Part shown: positions 39,001 through 48,900 of the stretch, in pieces | Numbering within the stretch: the first letter of the stretch is position 1 | Layout of the letters: every line of letters starts with the position of its first letter | Origin: an uncultured Planctomycetota bacterium | Lineage (GTDB): Bacteria; Planctomycetota; Planctomycetia; Isosphaerales; Isosphaeraceae | Length of the DNA stretch: 64,000 nucleotides | Direction: 5' to 3' | Assembly: GCA_963823665.1 (NCBI GenBank) | Contig: CAWGMQ010000006.1 | Span: 1,376,001 to 1,440,000, forward strand | The notes under the pieces: generated by a model | What the model was told of the DNA's origin: nothing | Database searches by the model: none | What the model saw: the letters and a program-made list of their open reading frames with translations, nothing else | Translations under genes and position numbers: made by a program

Positions 39001-41821
39001 CGGAGTTGCCGCTGAGGGTGCAATCGGTCAGAGTGGCCGTGCCCTGATTGTACAGGCCGCCGCCAACCGACGAGGTCGAGCCGCCGGTGATGGTCACCCC
39101 GGAGAGCGCGGCGGTCACACCACCGTCGACCTGGAAGACCCGGCTGCTTCCGCCGCCGCTGATGGTCACGCCCCCAGCCGGGCCGACGATCGTCTCGGTC
39201 CCGCCGGTATTGCTCAGCTCGAGCTGACCACCCGTCAGCGTGATCGTCTGCGGGTTGGCGAAGACGGTGGGGTCGAAGCGGATTGACTGGGCCCCCGTCA
39301 AGACGTTGGCCAGGTTGACCGCCTGGCGCAGATTCAGATCGCCGGCCGGCGACTCGATGCCGTCGCTGGTCGTGTTGACGACGAGCGCGGGCTGGGTCTG
39401 GAAGGCGCCGATGTCGGGATTAGGGGAGTCGAGCGGGAAGCCGCGCTGATCGGTGGTGACGCCGCTCGCCGCGATGCCCGCGCCGATGGCGGCGCTGCCG
39501 GGGAGCAGGGCCATGGTCTGAGTCGGCCCACCGTAATCGCCCAGCGGGGCCAGGCCCAATTCGGTGAGGCTGGTCAGGACGATGTTGCCGTCGACTCCGT
39601 TGACCAGCCCCCCCGAGCCACCGGTGCCGAGCAGGTTGTCGCTGCCCGAGACGTTGCCACCGGCGATATCGCTGGCGCCGGAGGGATCGGTGTTGCCGGC
39701 GATGATGGTATCGGTCAGGTTGGCCGCGCCCTCATTGAACAGGCCGCCGCTGGAGTACTTGCCGCTGGCGGAGTTGCCGCTGACGGTGCATGCGGTCAGG
39801 TTGGCCGTGCCGCGAATGTACATGCCGCCGGCGTCATAAGCGGAGTTGCCGCTGACCGTGCAGTCGGTCAGGGTAGCTGTACCGTAGCCGTTTAGCAGGC
39901 CGCCGCCGCCGCTGGCGGAGTTGCCGCTGACGGTGCAGTCGGTCAAGTCGGCCGTGCCCTGATTGTACACGCCGCCGCCGTGGTTGGCGGAGTTGTCGCT
40001 GAGCGTGCAGTCGGTCCCAGTCAGGTAGGCCGTGCCGTCGTTCTCCAAGCCGCCTCCGCCCAAGACGGCGGAGTTGCTGCTGACCGTGCAGCCGGTGAGA
40101 GTGGCCATGCCGGAATTCTCCAGGCCGCCGCCGCCGGAGTTCGCGTGGTAGCGGCCGCTGCCGGAGTTGGCGGAGTTACCGCTCAAGGTGCAGTCGGTGA
40201 GTGTCGCCGTACCCTGGTTATCCACCCCGCCGCCGCCGCCCGCGGAGTTGCCGCTGAGCGTACAGCCGGTGAGGGTCGCCATACCCTGGTTATCCACCCC
40301 GCCGCCGCCGGAGCTGGCAGAGTTGCCGCTCAAGGTGCAGTCGGTGAGCCTCGCCGTACCCTGGTTATCCACCCCGCCGCCGTTGCTCGCGGAGTTGCCG
40401 CTGATCGTGCAACCCGTGAGCGTCGCCGTGCCGAGGTTCTCCAGGCCGCCGCCAGACCCCGAGGTCGCGCCGCCGCTGATGGTCAGGCCGGAGAGCGCGA
40501 CGGTCACACCACTGTCGACCTGGAAGACGCGGCTGTTCCCCCCGCCGCTGATGGTCACGCCCGCGGCCGCGCCGGTAATCGTCACCGCCCTGCTGGTATC
40601 GCTCAGCTCGAGCTGCCCAGACGTCAGGGCAATCGTCTGAGCGGTCGCGAAGACGTTTGGATCGAAGGTGATGGTTTGGGGCCCGCCCAGGAAGTTGAAC
40701 AGGCCGACGGCCTGGCGCAGGCTCAGCTCGCCCGGCGGCGAGAGGATGCCGTAGCTCGAATCCACGGTCGTGTTGACCACCAGCTCGGCCTGGGACTGGA
40801 AGGCGCCGATGTCGGGTTTGGGGGAGTCGAGCGGGAAGCCGCGCTGATCGGTGCCGACGCCGATCACCACGATGCCCGCGCCTAAGGCAAGGCTGCCAGG
40901 AAGCAGGGCCATGGTCTGGGTCGGACCGCCGTAGTTGCCCAGCGGGGCCAGGCCCAATCCGGTGAGGCTGGTCAAGACGATGTTGCCCTTGACTCCAGGG
41001 ACCAGCCCGCCCGAGCCGCCGGGGCCGATGAGGTTGTTGCTGCCGAGGACGTGGTTGGGACCGCCGATTGTCGTGATGTCGCTGGCGCCGGAGGGATTGG
41101 TGTTGCCGGCGACGATGGTGTCGGTCAAGTTGGCCGTGTCGAAATCGTACAGGCCGCCGCCTTTCCCGGCGGAGTTGCCGCTGAGCGTGCAGGCGGTCAG
41201 GGTGGCCGCGTCGTGATTGAACACGCCGCCCCCGGTGCCGGCGGAGTTGCCGCTGAGCGTGCAGTCTCTCAGAGTGGCCGTGCCGGTATTGTCCAGGCCG
41301 CCGCCTCCATCGGCGGCGGAGTTGCCGCTCAGGGTGCAGTCGGACAGGAAGGCCGAACCGTAATTGAACACACCGCCGCCACTGCCCGAAGTCGAGCCGC
41401 CGGAGATGGTCAGGCCGGAGAGCGAGGCGGTCACCCCCTTGTCCACCTGGAAGACGCGGCTGTTCCCGCCGCCGCTGATGGTCACGCCCGCGGCCGGCCC
41501 TGTGATCGTCTGCGTCCCCCCGGTTTCTTGCAGCTCGAGCTGGCTGCCGCTCAGCGTGATCGTCTGGGGCGTGCCGAAGACGGTCGAATCGAAGACGATC
41601 GTATTCGCCTGGTCATTGGCGTTGGCCTGGTTGATGCAGTACCGGAGGTCGCCCGAGCCGTTTGAACCGCTCCCGGCATCCCCCAGGCTGTTGACGGTGA
41701 ACGTGGTCAGCACGACGCGGCCCTCGAGGACCTCCAGGACCGGGCGGCGGCGGAGGCGGTGATGATGAACCGCGTGGGAGGCGATTGCGAATCGATGACC
41801 AGGTCTGCGACGGCGGGCCAT
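33026..41821 (-). CDS. Giant secreted adhesin-like protein (~2930 aa): five beta-helix/choice-of-anchor-Q-like modules, MBG-like and Ig-like repeats
   Basis: ATG at 41821 after GAAAGGTG; leader LEVLEGRVVL. Five LAPLG.(Y/F)GGPTQTMALLPGS...DQRG modules, CT.SGNSA repeats, repeated (T/S)KV(Y/F)G.(A/S)DP units and C-terminal Big_3-like domains. Confidence 0.93.
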   Translation of the reverse strand: MARRRRPGHRFAIASHAVHHHRLRRRPVLEVLEGRVVLTTFTVNSLGDAGSGSNGSGDLRYCINQANANDQANTIVFDSTVFGTPQTITLSGSQLELQETGGTQTITGPAAGVTISGGGNSRVFQVDKGVTASLSGLTISGGSTSGSGGGVFNYGSAFLSDCTLSGNSAADGGGGLDNTGTATLRDCTLSGNSAGTGGGVFNHDAATLTACTLSGNSAGKGGGLYDFDTANLTDTIVAGNTNPSGASDITTIGGPNHVLGSNNLIGPGGSGGLVPGVKGNIVLTSLTGLGLAPLGNYGGPTQTMALLPGSLALGAGIVVIGVGTDQRGFPLDSPKPDIGAFQSQAELVVNTTVDSSYGILSPPGELSLRQAVGLFNFLGGPQTITFDPNVFATAQTIALTSGQLELSDTSRAVTITGAAAGVTISGGGNSRVFQVDSGVTVALSGLTISGGATSGSGGGLENLGTATLTGCTISGNSASNGGGVDNQGTARLTDCTLSGNSASSGGGGVDNQGMATLTGCTLSGNSAGGGGGVDNQGTATLTDCTLSGNSANSGSGRYHANSGGGGLENSGMATLTGCTVSSNSAVLGGGGLENDGTAYLTGTDCTLSDNSANHGGGVYNQGTADLTDCTVSGNSASGGGGLLNGYGTATLTDCTVSGNSAYDAGGMYIRGTANLTACTVSGNSASGKYSSGGLFNEGAANLTDTIIAGNTDPSGASDIAGGNVSGSDNLLGTGGSGGLVNGVDGNIVLTSLTELGLAPLGDYGGPTQTMALLPGSAAIGAGIAASGVTTDQRGFPLDSPNPDIGAFQTQPALVVNTTSDGIESPAGDLNLRQAVNLANVLTGAQSIRFDPTVFANPQTITLTGGQLELSNTGGTETIVGPAGGVTISGGGSSRVFQVDGGVTAALSGVTITGGSTSSVGGGLYNQGTATLTDCTLSGNSAGFGGGLDNSSTATVSLTDCTISGNSASFGGGLENAGAATLGTANLTDCTISGNSAVSGGGLENAGTATLTAATVSGNSASGDPAGPGGSVGGVYNHGKAKLTDTIVAGNTNPSGASDIGGARDVSGSANLVGTGGSGGLVNGVDGNIILTSLTELALAPLGNFGGPTQTMALLPGSPAIGAGIAVSGVTADQRGFPLDASNPDIGAFQTQPALVVNTTSDGIESLSGDLSLRQAVNLANVLTGAQSISFDASVFASPQTITLTGGQLELSNTGVTETIAGPAGGVTISGGGNSRVFQVDSGVTAALTGLTISGGSTSGNGGGLENLGTATITGCTISGNFAGSSGGGVDNLGTATLTGCTISSNSAGLGGGLYSYGMANLTLTDCTVSGNSAADGGGLYNYGTANLTLTDCTVSGNSAYVGGGGLENNRASVTLADCSVSGNSAKYGGGVYNRGVFNNYGLANLTLTGCTISGNSANFGGGLDNHGMADLSLADCTVSGNSALLNGGGVYNFANFYPCNLTLTGCTISGNYAGSGGGGVYNRNTATLIDTIVAGNTNPSGASDIGGDSNVSGSYNLIGTGGSGGLSNGVDGNIVLTSLADLGLAPLGNYGGPTQTMALLPGSAAIGAGIAVSGLTTDQRGFPLDSPQPDIGAFQSQPELVVNITSDGTASPAGDLSLGQAVNLANVLTGAHSIRFDPTVFASPQTITLTGGQLELSNGGGTETITGPAAGVTISGGGNSRVFQVDSGVTAALSGLTITGGSTSGNGGGLENLGTATLTDCTVSGNSASSGGGLDNDDTATLTLTDCTLSGNSASSDDGGGLENDGTATLTVCTLSANSASSGGGLENDGTATLTDAIVAGNTNSSGAGDIGGDSHVSGRANLVGPGGSGGLVNGVDGNIVLTSLADLGLAPLGNYGGPTQTMALLPGSAAIGAGIAVSGVTTDQRGEPLHTPNPDFGAFQSQGFTLTPSPGSTVQSTTVGSAFANPLAVTVTANNPVEPVAGGVLTFTAPASGPSANLSATSATIGSDGVASVTATANSSPGSYTVTASAGGNNATADFALTNDASLIPLTFSGISDPSITYGTASVTVSGTLANSSKAPVGESVAVTLGGVRQSATIGSSGAFSTTFDTAGLAVAGSPDTVNYAYTSDGTFASASTSSSLTITAAALTITADRETKVYGTADPALAYTASGFQFTDTARTVLTGSLVRAQASTLAGEQAGGFVITQGTLAADSNYSISFTGNTLTINPATLTVDANPQTKVYGTADPTLTVTPVGLVDATVDGVAIDDTVATALSGSPARAGTLVGEQVGSDTIAQGTLTADGNYRMSFTGSSLTITPATLTITAGAQTKVYGTSDPSLTDGVTELVDTTVDGVTIDDTAASVLTGSLARAQAGTLAGEQAGGYAIAQGTLAADGNYTIQFTGSTLTITPASLTVTANAQSKVYGTADPALTVTATGLVNTTVDGVTIDDTAATNLSGALVRAQAGSLAGEQVGDDAITQGTLATNSNYTIDFTPSTLTINPASLTVTANPQTKVYGSADPSLTYTATGLINTTGDGVTIADTAGTVLTGHLVRAAGETVSGGPYAITQGTLAANSNYTIHFTGSALYITPATMTIVADQVTKVFGSADPTLAYTCSGFQFSDTAATVLTGSLARAAGETVSGSPYAIGQGTLTAGGNYAIHFTGSTLTITPATPTLNVNAPDRVYTGSSIAAKAMVIGASGAAAASLEGVAPTLTYYVGSETSGTALGAAAPSAAGTYTVVASFPGSADYAAIQSTPTTFVISPSPATIALSSSASTAVYGQAVTFTATVTSSVGIPSGTVTFFDGASPLATVALNGSRQAALSLASLVVGSHAITATYNGAADFLGKSSSPTTETVAQAATSIVLVPRPVMKGKKTLTGIELTAEVEPVAPGVGVPTGQVTFEFVKKHGKKTQVKTLGTAAVTGGAATLTFKPNAVVNQSLVIVYSGDPDFLASMVRPRELTKRTLV

Positions 41822-42016
41822 GGAAGTCACCTTTCTCGAGTGAGATGCCCTGCGATACGGTATGATCTGATGCGATGCGGTGCGATTCCCGGAACGCGGG
41901 CACGCACTCCCGACGTCCCCGACCCCGAGAAGGAGCCCCCCAAAGCCTGTGTCAGCATCAAGGCGCGACGGCGTGGGCCGGCTCACAGCCCGGCGATCAC
42001 TTCGTCGCGGCGTTGA

Positions 42017-42565
42017 TCAGCGTCGAGTCCTCCTCAGCCATCGGGGGACCCTGGCCTGGTACTGGCGATAAGTCTCGCCGAATTGCTTCTCGAGCCCGCG
42101 CTCCTCCCACGGCAAGATCAGGATGATCACGACCGTCAGGACCACCAGCCCGACCACAACAGCGAGGCTGCCGAAGAGGGTCGCCCAGCCGAGCCAGAGC
42201 GCCAGCTCAGCAACATACCCCGGGTTGCGTGTGTAGGCGTAGGGTCCAGCGGTCATCAAGAAGGGTGGGCCCAGTCTCTGCAACCGCTCTGGGAGCTCTC
42301 GGATGCGCGCCAGGCCCGAGGCGAAGATCCAGATGAGCAAGGCGGTGCCGGCCGCGATGGGGATCAGCCCCAGCCAGTTCCAGGTCCCTGGGTAGCCTGC
42401 CGTCCATCCAAAGCGAGGCGCAAGCCACGAGAGGGCCCATGGCAGGACACCATGGGCCAGCGGCACGCCGACCAACCAGCCGAAGAGTGCCAGGATGACG
42501 ACGACCCACCGCGGAATTCCGCGTCCGCGCGTCGAGTTCCCGTCGGGAGTTGTTGTTGTGCCCAT
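42017..42565 (-). CDS. Isoprenylcysteine carboxyl methyltransferase / PEMT-family membrane protein
   Basis: Several TM helices. GPYAYTRNPGY and EERGLEKQFGETYRQYQARVPRW motifs. Confidence 0.9.
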   Translation of the reverse strand: MGTTTTPDGNSTRGRGIPRWVVVILALFGWLVGVPLAHGVLPWALSWLAPRFGWTAGYPGTWNWLGLIPIAAGTALLIWIFASGLARIRELPERLQRLGPPFLMTAGPYAYTRNPGYVAELALWLGWATLFGSLAVVVGLVVLTVVIILILPWEERGLEKQFGETYRQYQARVPRWLRRTRR

Positions 42566-42674
42566 GGAGTTCGCCCTTCGAGTCGCTCGGAGCTTACTTG
42601 CGGCCGGCGTGGGCTCGCCGGCCGCCTCTTTTCCTGTGACACTGACGGCCACGACTTTTCATGAAGCGCAGTGC

Positions 42675-44473
42675 TCAAGTCGTGGTGTAGACTCCGAAAA
42701 TGTCGTCGGCGCTCGTCGACGCGAAATTCAGAATCACCTTGCTCGACTTGGTGAGCGTCACGAGGGCGCCTGTGTCGATGTAGAGTCCGCCGCCTGAGCC
42801 CTGGCCGATGGCGCCGCCTATGCCGGGGGAGCCGCCCACGGCGCCGTTGGCAACGATCCATGTGGCATCGATCGTGGCGGAGCTCCCCGCCAAAACCGAG
42901 ACCCCGCCGCCTGCGCCGTCGCCACCGTTGTTCCCGGCCCCTCCGGCGCCGCCCTGGGCCAAATTGCCGATGATGGTGCTATCGGTCAGAGTCAGAGAAC
43001 AATTGTCCGGCGCACCATAGATGACGCCACTGCCGACGTCGACGCCGCCGCCAACGCCGTCGCCGCCCGCGGACCCGGCGCCACCTGCCCCGCCTATGGC
43101 CTGATTGGCCATGAGGATGGTGTTGCTGACGGTTACCGGCGAGCCAAATGCGAGGTCGATGCCACCGCTCACACCGGGGGCGCCCAGCCCGCCGCCAGCC
43201 CCGCCACTGCTGCCGCCGGCCCCGCCGCGAGCGACGTTGTCAGCGAATAAACAGCCATCCACAAGGGCCGACTCGACCGCGATGAGGGAGATACCGCCTC
43301 CTTCCCCGATACTGCCGGCGCTGCCGGCCACGCTGGCGCTGCCGGCCGCCCCGGCGCCGCCAACGGCCTGATTCCCGACGAGCGTACTGTCGGTAATGGT
43401 CGCGGTAGCGGAGGTCACGCCGAAGATGCCGGGGAGGCAGAAGATGCCGCCGCCGGCGGTCGCACTGCCGCTCGAGACAGTCTGCGATGGGACGGCACCT
43501 GGGGCCATGGGCGTGCCCAGGGCCAGGTTGTTGGTGAGCGCCGAATTGCCAACGATCAAGCTCGCGAAATTGTTGATCCCGCCGCCTTGCCCGGAGCCAA
43601 AGTTGTTTTGGCCGTCACCGCCGGCTGCACCGATCGCTGCGTTGCCGCTGAGCGTGCAGTCCGTTACGGTCATCCTCGCGCCAAAGTTGCTGGAATTGCT
43701 GAGGCGCCTCCACCGGCACTGGCGCCGGGGCTGCCGCCCTTCGCCTCGTTTCCGGTAAACGTGCTATTACTGATCGTGGCCGGGCCGGTGGCTTCATAGT
43801 TAACGTCTATGGCACCGCCGAGTGCGAGGATGTAGGTGGTACCGACGTTGGAATCATTGGCGCCGATGCCGATGGCCTTGTTGGCGCCGAAGGTGCTGCT
43901 GGTGACGTAGAGCGCTCCTGACGAGTCGTCCTCGATGGCGCCACCGAACCCACCGCCGGCCGTATCGCCGGGGGCCTGCGTAATGCCGAGGGCCTCGTTG
44001 TCGGTCAGCGTGCAATTGCTGATGCTGAGGCTAGCGCTGCCCTGCAAAAGGATGCCGCCTCCCGAGTTCGCCAGGCCTTCGGTGATGGTCAGGCCGGCGA
44101 TGCTTACGCTGGCATCGCCACTGATGTCGAAGACCTGGTAGGTGTCGTTGCCGCTGACCGACAGCTTGTTCGCCCCCGGGCCATTGATCGTGACACTGCC
44201 GGCGATCGGCAATGTGCTCTTCAGCGTGATAGTGCCGTGGAGCCCCGGAGCGAACGCAATGGTCGCGTCGCCGGACTGGATGCCCGCCCGTAGCGAGTAG
44301 GCACCGCTGTCATTGGTGTTCATGACCATGAAGGTGCTGAGCAGCCTCCGGTCCTCCAATCCTTCCAGGCGCGGCAGGATCGAGCGCCGCGAAAGGGTGT
44401 GTCTTGATCCAGGCCGCCGCGACCGATTCGCGGGGCTCGTTGCCAACCGTCTGAACCAGGATGCAGACAACAT
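42675..44473 (-). CDS. Secreted Gly-rich beta-helix protein (frameshifted near 43700), paralog of 25608-27461
   Basis: Fragments 43670-44506 and 42675-43673. Same MLSASWFRRL start and NFASTSADDIFGVYTTT end. Confidence 0.85.
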
Positions 44474-44712
44474 GATGCACGCCTTTCCGATAGAACGGGT
44501 CCGCAAAAAGTAACCCGCTCACCCAGGCTTGCGGACCGAACGCCCGGGCTAGCAACCCCGATCTGATTCACGGTTCACCACGTGCGACCGGCTCGTCCGG
44601 GCGCAGAGTGATCGCCGGGCGTCAGCCGCTCCGGCGAGCCTTCCGCTGGCGGCGAAGCTCACCGGGTGACTGTTTTTGCTCTGTTTCCCCCGTCAGTCAC
44701 GCGCGCCAAAAG

Positions 44713-45774
44713 CTACGTCAGGATGTACGTGCCGTCGATGTTCGGATCGGTCGAGGCGGTGTTGTTGACGACATGCGCCACCGTGAAGGGGTCGATATAG
44801 ACGGTGGCACTTGAAACAATGTAGATGCCGCCGCCGGCGGAGCTTGCCGAATTGGATTCGACAGTGTCGTTGGTAAGAGTTACCGTGCCGCCGGCGACAT
44901 ATAGGCCGGCTCCGTCGCTTGAGCCACCGTCAGACGAAAACTGGTTACCGTTGATGCTGGTCGTGGTAATAGCGACCCGTCCGCCGGCGACGTAAAGGGC
45001 GCCGCCGTAGGCCGCGCCGCCAGGGCCGGCACTGCTGATCCCGCCCTCAGCGATATTCCCTTCGAAGGTGGTGTCGCTGATGTTGGCAGTGCCGCCGGCA
45101 ATGTACACAGCCCCGCCGTAAGCATTGCCAGGCAGTGACCCGCAGAAACAGGGAGACCCTGAAACCCCAGTGCCTTGGCCACCGATGGCGGTGTTGTTCT
45201 CAAATAGCGTGCCGTTTTCCAAGGTCAGCGAGCCGCTGGACCAAATGGCCCCGCTCTGTCCCTGACTGCCACTGTAAAGTGCAAAGCCCGTCTTGTTGCC
45301 GCTTACCGTCACAGCGCTCAGGGTGAGAGCGCCTTGGTTATAGATTGCCCCGCCCTTTCCGCCCTCATTAGTAAACCCACGCACTTGCAAGTTGTCTAAC
45401 GTCAGCGTGGCGCCGGGCGCTACGGCGATCATGGACCAGCCTTTTTCCGGCGTGATGGTGTTGTCACTGTTGCCGACGATGGTCAAGTTGTCGGTGGCAG
45501 TGATCTCCGGCAGTGGGCTGTTCAATAATCGATAGGGTGAACTGGTCGGAGCGGTCAGCGTGATCGTGTTCGCGCCGCCGGCCTTGTTGGAGAGGTTGAT
45601 GTCGGCGATCAGGTCCGAAACGGTGAGCGCAGGGTAGCTCGCCAGCAGCGCCCGACCTTCGAGATGCTCCAAGGAAAGGAGTGCCCTTTTGCGGCGCGAT
45701 ACCGAGGTGCGACGTTGGCCGCGCCGGGCCGGGCTGCGCGAAAAAGTCCAGGGAAGGCAAGAGGAAAGGAACAT
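44713..45774 (-). CDS. Secreted beta-helix protein, paralog of 27693-29047
   Basis: AAGGAG RBS, leader LEHLEGRALL; ends NIDGTYILT. Confidence 0.9.
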   Translation of the reverse strand: MFLSSCLPWTFSRSPARRGQRRTSVSRRKRALLSLEHLEGRALLASYPALTVSDLIADINLSNKAGGANTITLTAPTSSPYRLLNSPLPEITATDNLTIVGNSDNTITPEKGWSMIAVAPGATLTLDNLQVRGFTNEGGKGGAIYNQGALTLSAVTVSGNKTGFALYSGSQGQSGAIWSSGSLTLENGTLFENNTAIGGQGTGVSGSPCFCGSLPGNAYGGAVYIAGGTANISDTTFEGNIAEGGISSAGPGGAAYGGALYVAGGRVAITTTSINGNQFSSDGGSSDGAGLYVAGGTVTLTNDTVESNSASSAGGGIYIVSSATVYIDPFTVAHVVNNTASTDPNIDGTYILT

Positions 45775-45935
45775 AGTCAAGCTCCTTTTGTGTGCGGTCC
45801 GCGGTGGAACGACTGAGCAAGTGCCCCCGTGCGCAGACCGAGCGCCAGGGCTCTGCCGATGCGCTCAGACTCCTGCTTGGCGGTGAGACTCACCGTCCGC
45901 TTTTTGGTTGTCTTGTTCAGCTCGCCGTCAGAATG

Positions 45936-48900
45936 CTATCCCTTGGCGTCTCCTGCTTTCTTCAGCAATGCCGCCACATCGGCCCAGAGCTTCCGCCATG
46001 CCTCCCGCTCAAGGGCCGCCAGCTTTTCGAGCGACGCCGGATCACGGACACTGGCCAACGCGAAGTCGCGCTGCCAGTGCTCAAGCGCGGCCCGCATGAC
46101 TTGGCGATCCGCTGGCTTGCCGGCTTCCAGTCGTTTGGCCCACTGGCCCAGCTCGGTCCGCAGCCAGGCCAAGGCCTGCTGGCGCAGCCGGCTTTGTTCC
46201 TTGCCGTCCAGTTTTTCGGCATCCGACCCTTGACCCGCCGCAGCCAGGGCGGCGTAACAGGCGGCGTGATAACAACGCCCGGTTTTCAAGTCATCCGCCA
46301 GTTTCGGGTCGGCTGTGAAAGCGTCGGCGTAGAGCCGGGCGCCGGCGACGTACCGGCGCGTGAGCTGGCACACTTCCAAAATGCCAAGGCGTTCGCCGTT
46401 GTCTGCCGGCGTGGCTTTCCCCGCGAGAGCGTCGACCAACTTCGCCTCCAACTGGACGAGCCGTTCGGCGTTGGCTACCCATTGGGCCGACGGGTAGCGC
46501 CAGTCCTGGCGCTTGCTGCCCAAGGCGTGCCCACGCTTCATGAAATCGAGAGAAGCCGATAACTGGCCCTGTGAGCGAAGAATACCGGCCAGCGCACAGT
46601 GCGCCTCGGCATACTCCGGTTGAAGATCGATGGCCTTGCGGAATTCGGTGATCGCCTCGTCCCACTGGTTCTTGGCCCAAAGTGCGTTCCCGAGGTTTTT
46701 GCGGGCTTCTGCGCACTTGGGGTCGAGCTCGATCGCCTTCCTGTATTCGGCGATCGCCTCGTCCAACTGGTTTTTGACGTGCAGGCAATTGCCGAGCATG
46801 CTGTAGGCCAATGCGAGCTTGGGGTCGAGCTCGATGGCCTTCTTGCATTCGCCGATGGCCTCTTCCAACTGGCCCTTGCCCAGCAGTGCGCGGGCGAGGT
46901 TGTGGTGGGCCGGCGCGAGCTTGGGATCGAGGTCGATAGCCTTCTTGTATTCCGCGATGGCCTCTTCCACCTGGTTCTTGCGGTAGAGAGCGGTGCCGAG
47001 GTTTTGGTGGGGCAGCGCAGCCCGGGATCGAGGTCGATGGCCTTCTTGTATTCGTCGATGGCCTCGTCGACCTGATTATTGCTGCTCAGAGCGGCGCCGA
47101 GTTCGTTGTGGGCCGGCGCGAGCCTGGGGTCGATGTCGATGGCCTTCTTGTATTCGGCGATAGCCTCCGCCACCTGGTTCCTGCTGCGCAGAGTGATGCC
47201 GAGGTTAAGGTGGGCCATCGCGTCCTTGGGATCGAGATCGATGGCCTTCTTGTATTCGGCGATAGCCTCCTCCACCTGGTTCTTGCGGCGCAGAGCGGTG
47301 CCGAGGTTGTGGTGGACCGGCGCGAGCTTGGGATCGAGGTCGATGGCCTTCTTGAATTCCGCGATGGCCCCCTCCACCTGGTTCTTGCGGAAGAGAGCGG
47401 TGCCGAGGTTGTGGTGGGCCAGCACGAGCGTGGGATCGAGGTCGATGGCCTTCTTGTATTCGGCGATAGCCTCCTCCATCTGGTTCTTGTCGCTCAAAGC
47501 GGCGCCGAGGTCGTTGTGGGGCGGCGCGAGCCTGGGATCGAGGTCGATGGCTTTCTTGAATTCGGCGATGGCCTCCTCCACCTGGTTCTTGCGGCGTAGC
47601 GCGGTGCCGAGGTTGCTGTGGGCCGGCGCGAACTTGGGATCGAGGTCGATGGCCTTGCGGTGTTCGGCGATGGCCTCCTCCAGGTGGTTCCTGGCCAGAA
47701 GAACGATGCCGAGGCTATCGTGGGCCTCCGCGTACCTGGGGTCGAGATCTATGGCCTTGCTGTATTCGGCGATGGCTTCGTCCCACTGCCTCTTGGCCGC
47801 CAGTGCGAGTCCGAGGTCGTTGTGGCCGTGCGCATACTTGGGGTCGAGGTCGATGGCCTTGCGAAGAGAGAGGATGGCCTCGTCCAACCGCTTGCGGCGG
47901 TACAGGACAACGCCGAGGTTATGGTGGGCAGCGACGGCAGCCGGATGCAGCGCCAGGGCTGTTCGGAAACAACCGATTGCTTCTTCCAGGATTGCGGGGG
48001 AATTATCCTCGCTCTTTATCAGGCAAGACCCCAGGTCAAAATGGATCCAAAAATCCGTAAGGTGGCGGCCGCGCGCCCAGCGGAGCAGGTCCACGGCTTC
48101 CTCGCGGTCTCCTTGCGAAAACAGTCTCCCGGCCAGCAGATTGAGACTGGACGATGGCAGGGACAGCCGCCGTGCTTGGCCGCTCAAGGCCCGCAGTGCC
48201 GTGGCGTCCTTGCCAGCGGCCGCGGCGCGAAACTGCCGCCGCCACGGATCGTCATCCGCCGTGGCCGCGATCACCCGCATCGGGTTGGGCGACTTCACTA
48301 TCATGCCCAGGTTGAGTTGCCACCAATCTTCAAGCGCCACGATCAGGGCCTCGCGGATGGCGGGTTGTTCAGCGCGGATGCGCCGCGCCAGCTCTTCGGT
48401 TCGACCGGACGTCACTTCCAGACCGTAGGCCGCGAACGCCGCGGCATATTTCGCGGGCGAGTCTGAAACGTCCAAATTGTTTCGGATCGACATCTGTCGC
48501 GCCATGCGGGCGTCATCCAGGCCGTGGAACAGGTTTGCCGTCCGCCGCGCCTGCGCCAATTGTTTTTCGATCTGTTGTTGTACGTCCAGCACCCGCTGAC
48601 GCAGACGCTCATCGGCCATTCCGGTCTTCAAGGCGGCCTCCGCCTGGGCCAGCGACGCTTCCGCCTGTCGCCAGAGTGCCAGGACGGCGTCCGCCTCCTG
48701 GCTCGTCGCGCTCGGCACTTCACCAGCCTGCTTGCGCCACTGGTCCGTCTGAACTAACGCCGCGTTCACGGTTTGTTCCGTTTCGGCCATGCGCGTTGAC
48801 AGCTCGGTGCGACGCGCTGCCCGGTCCAAAAGCGCCCAGGTGACGCCGCCGACTGCCAGGAGCAACACCAGGGCAGCCGCCGCGGCGATCTGTAGCCCCG

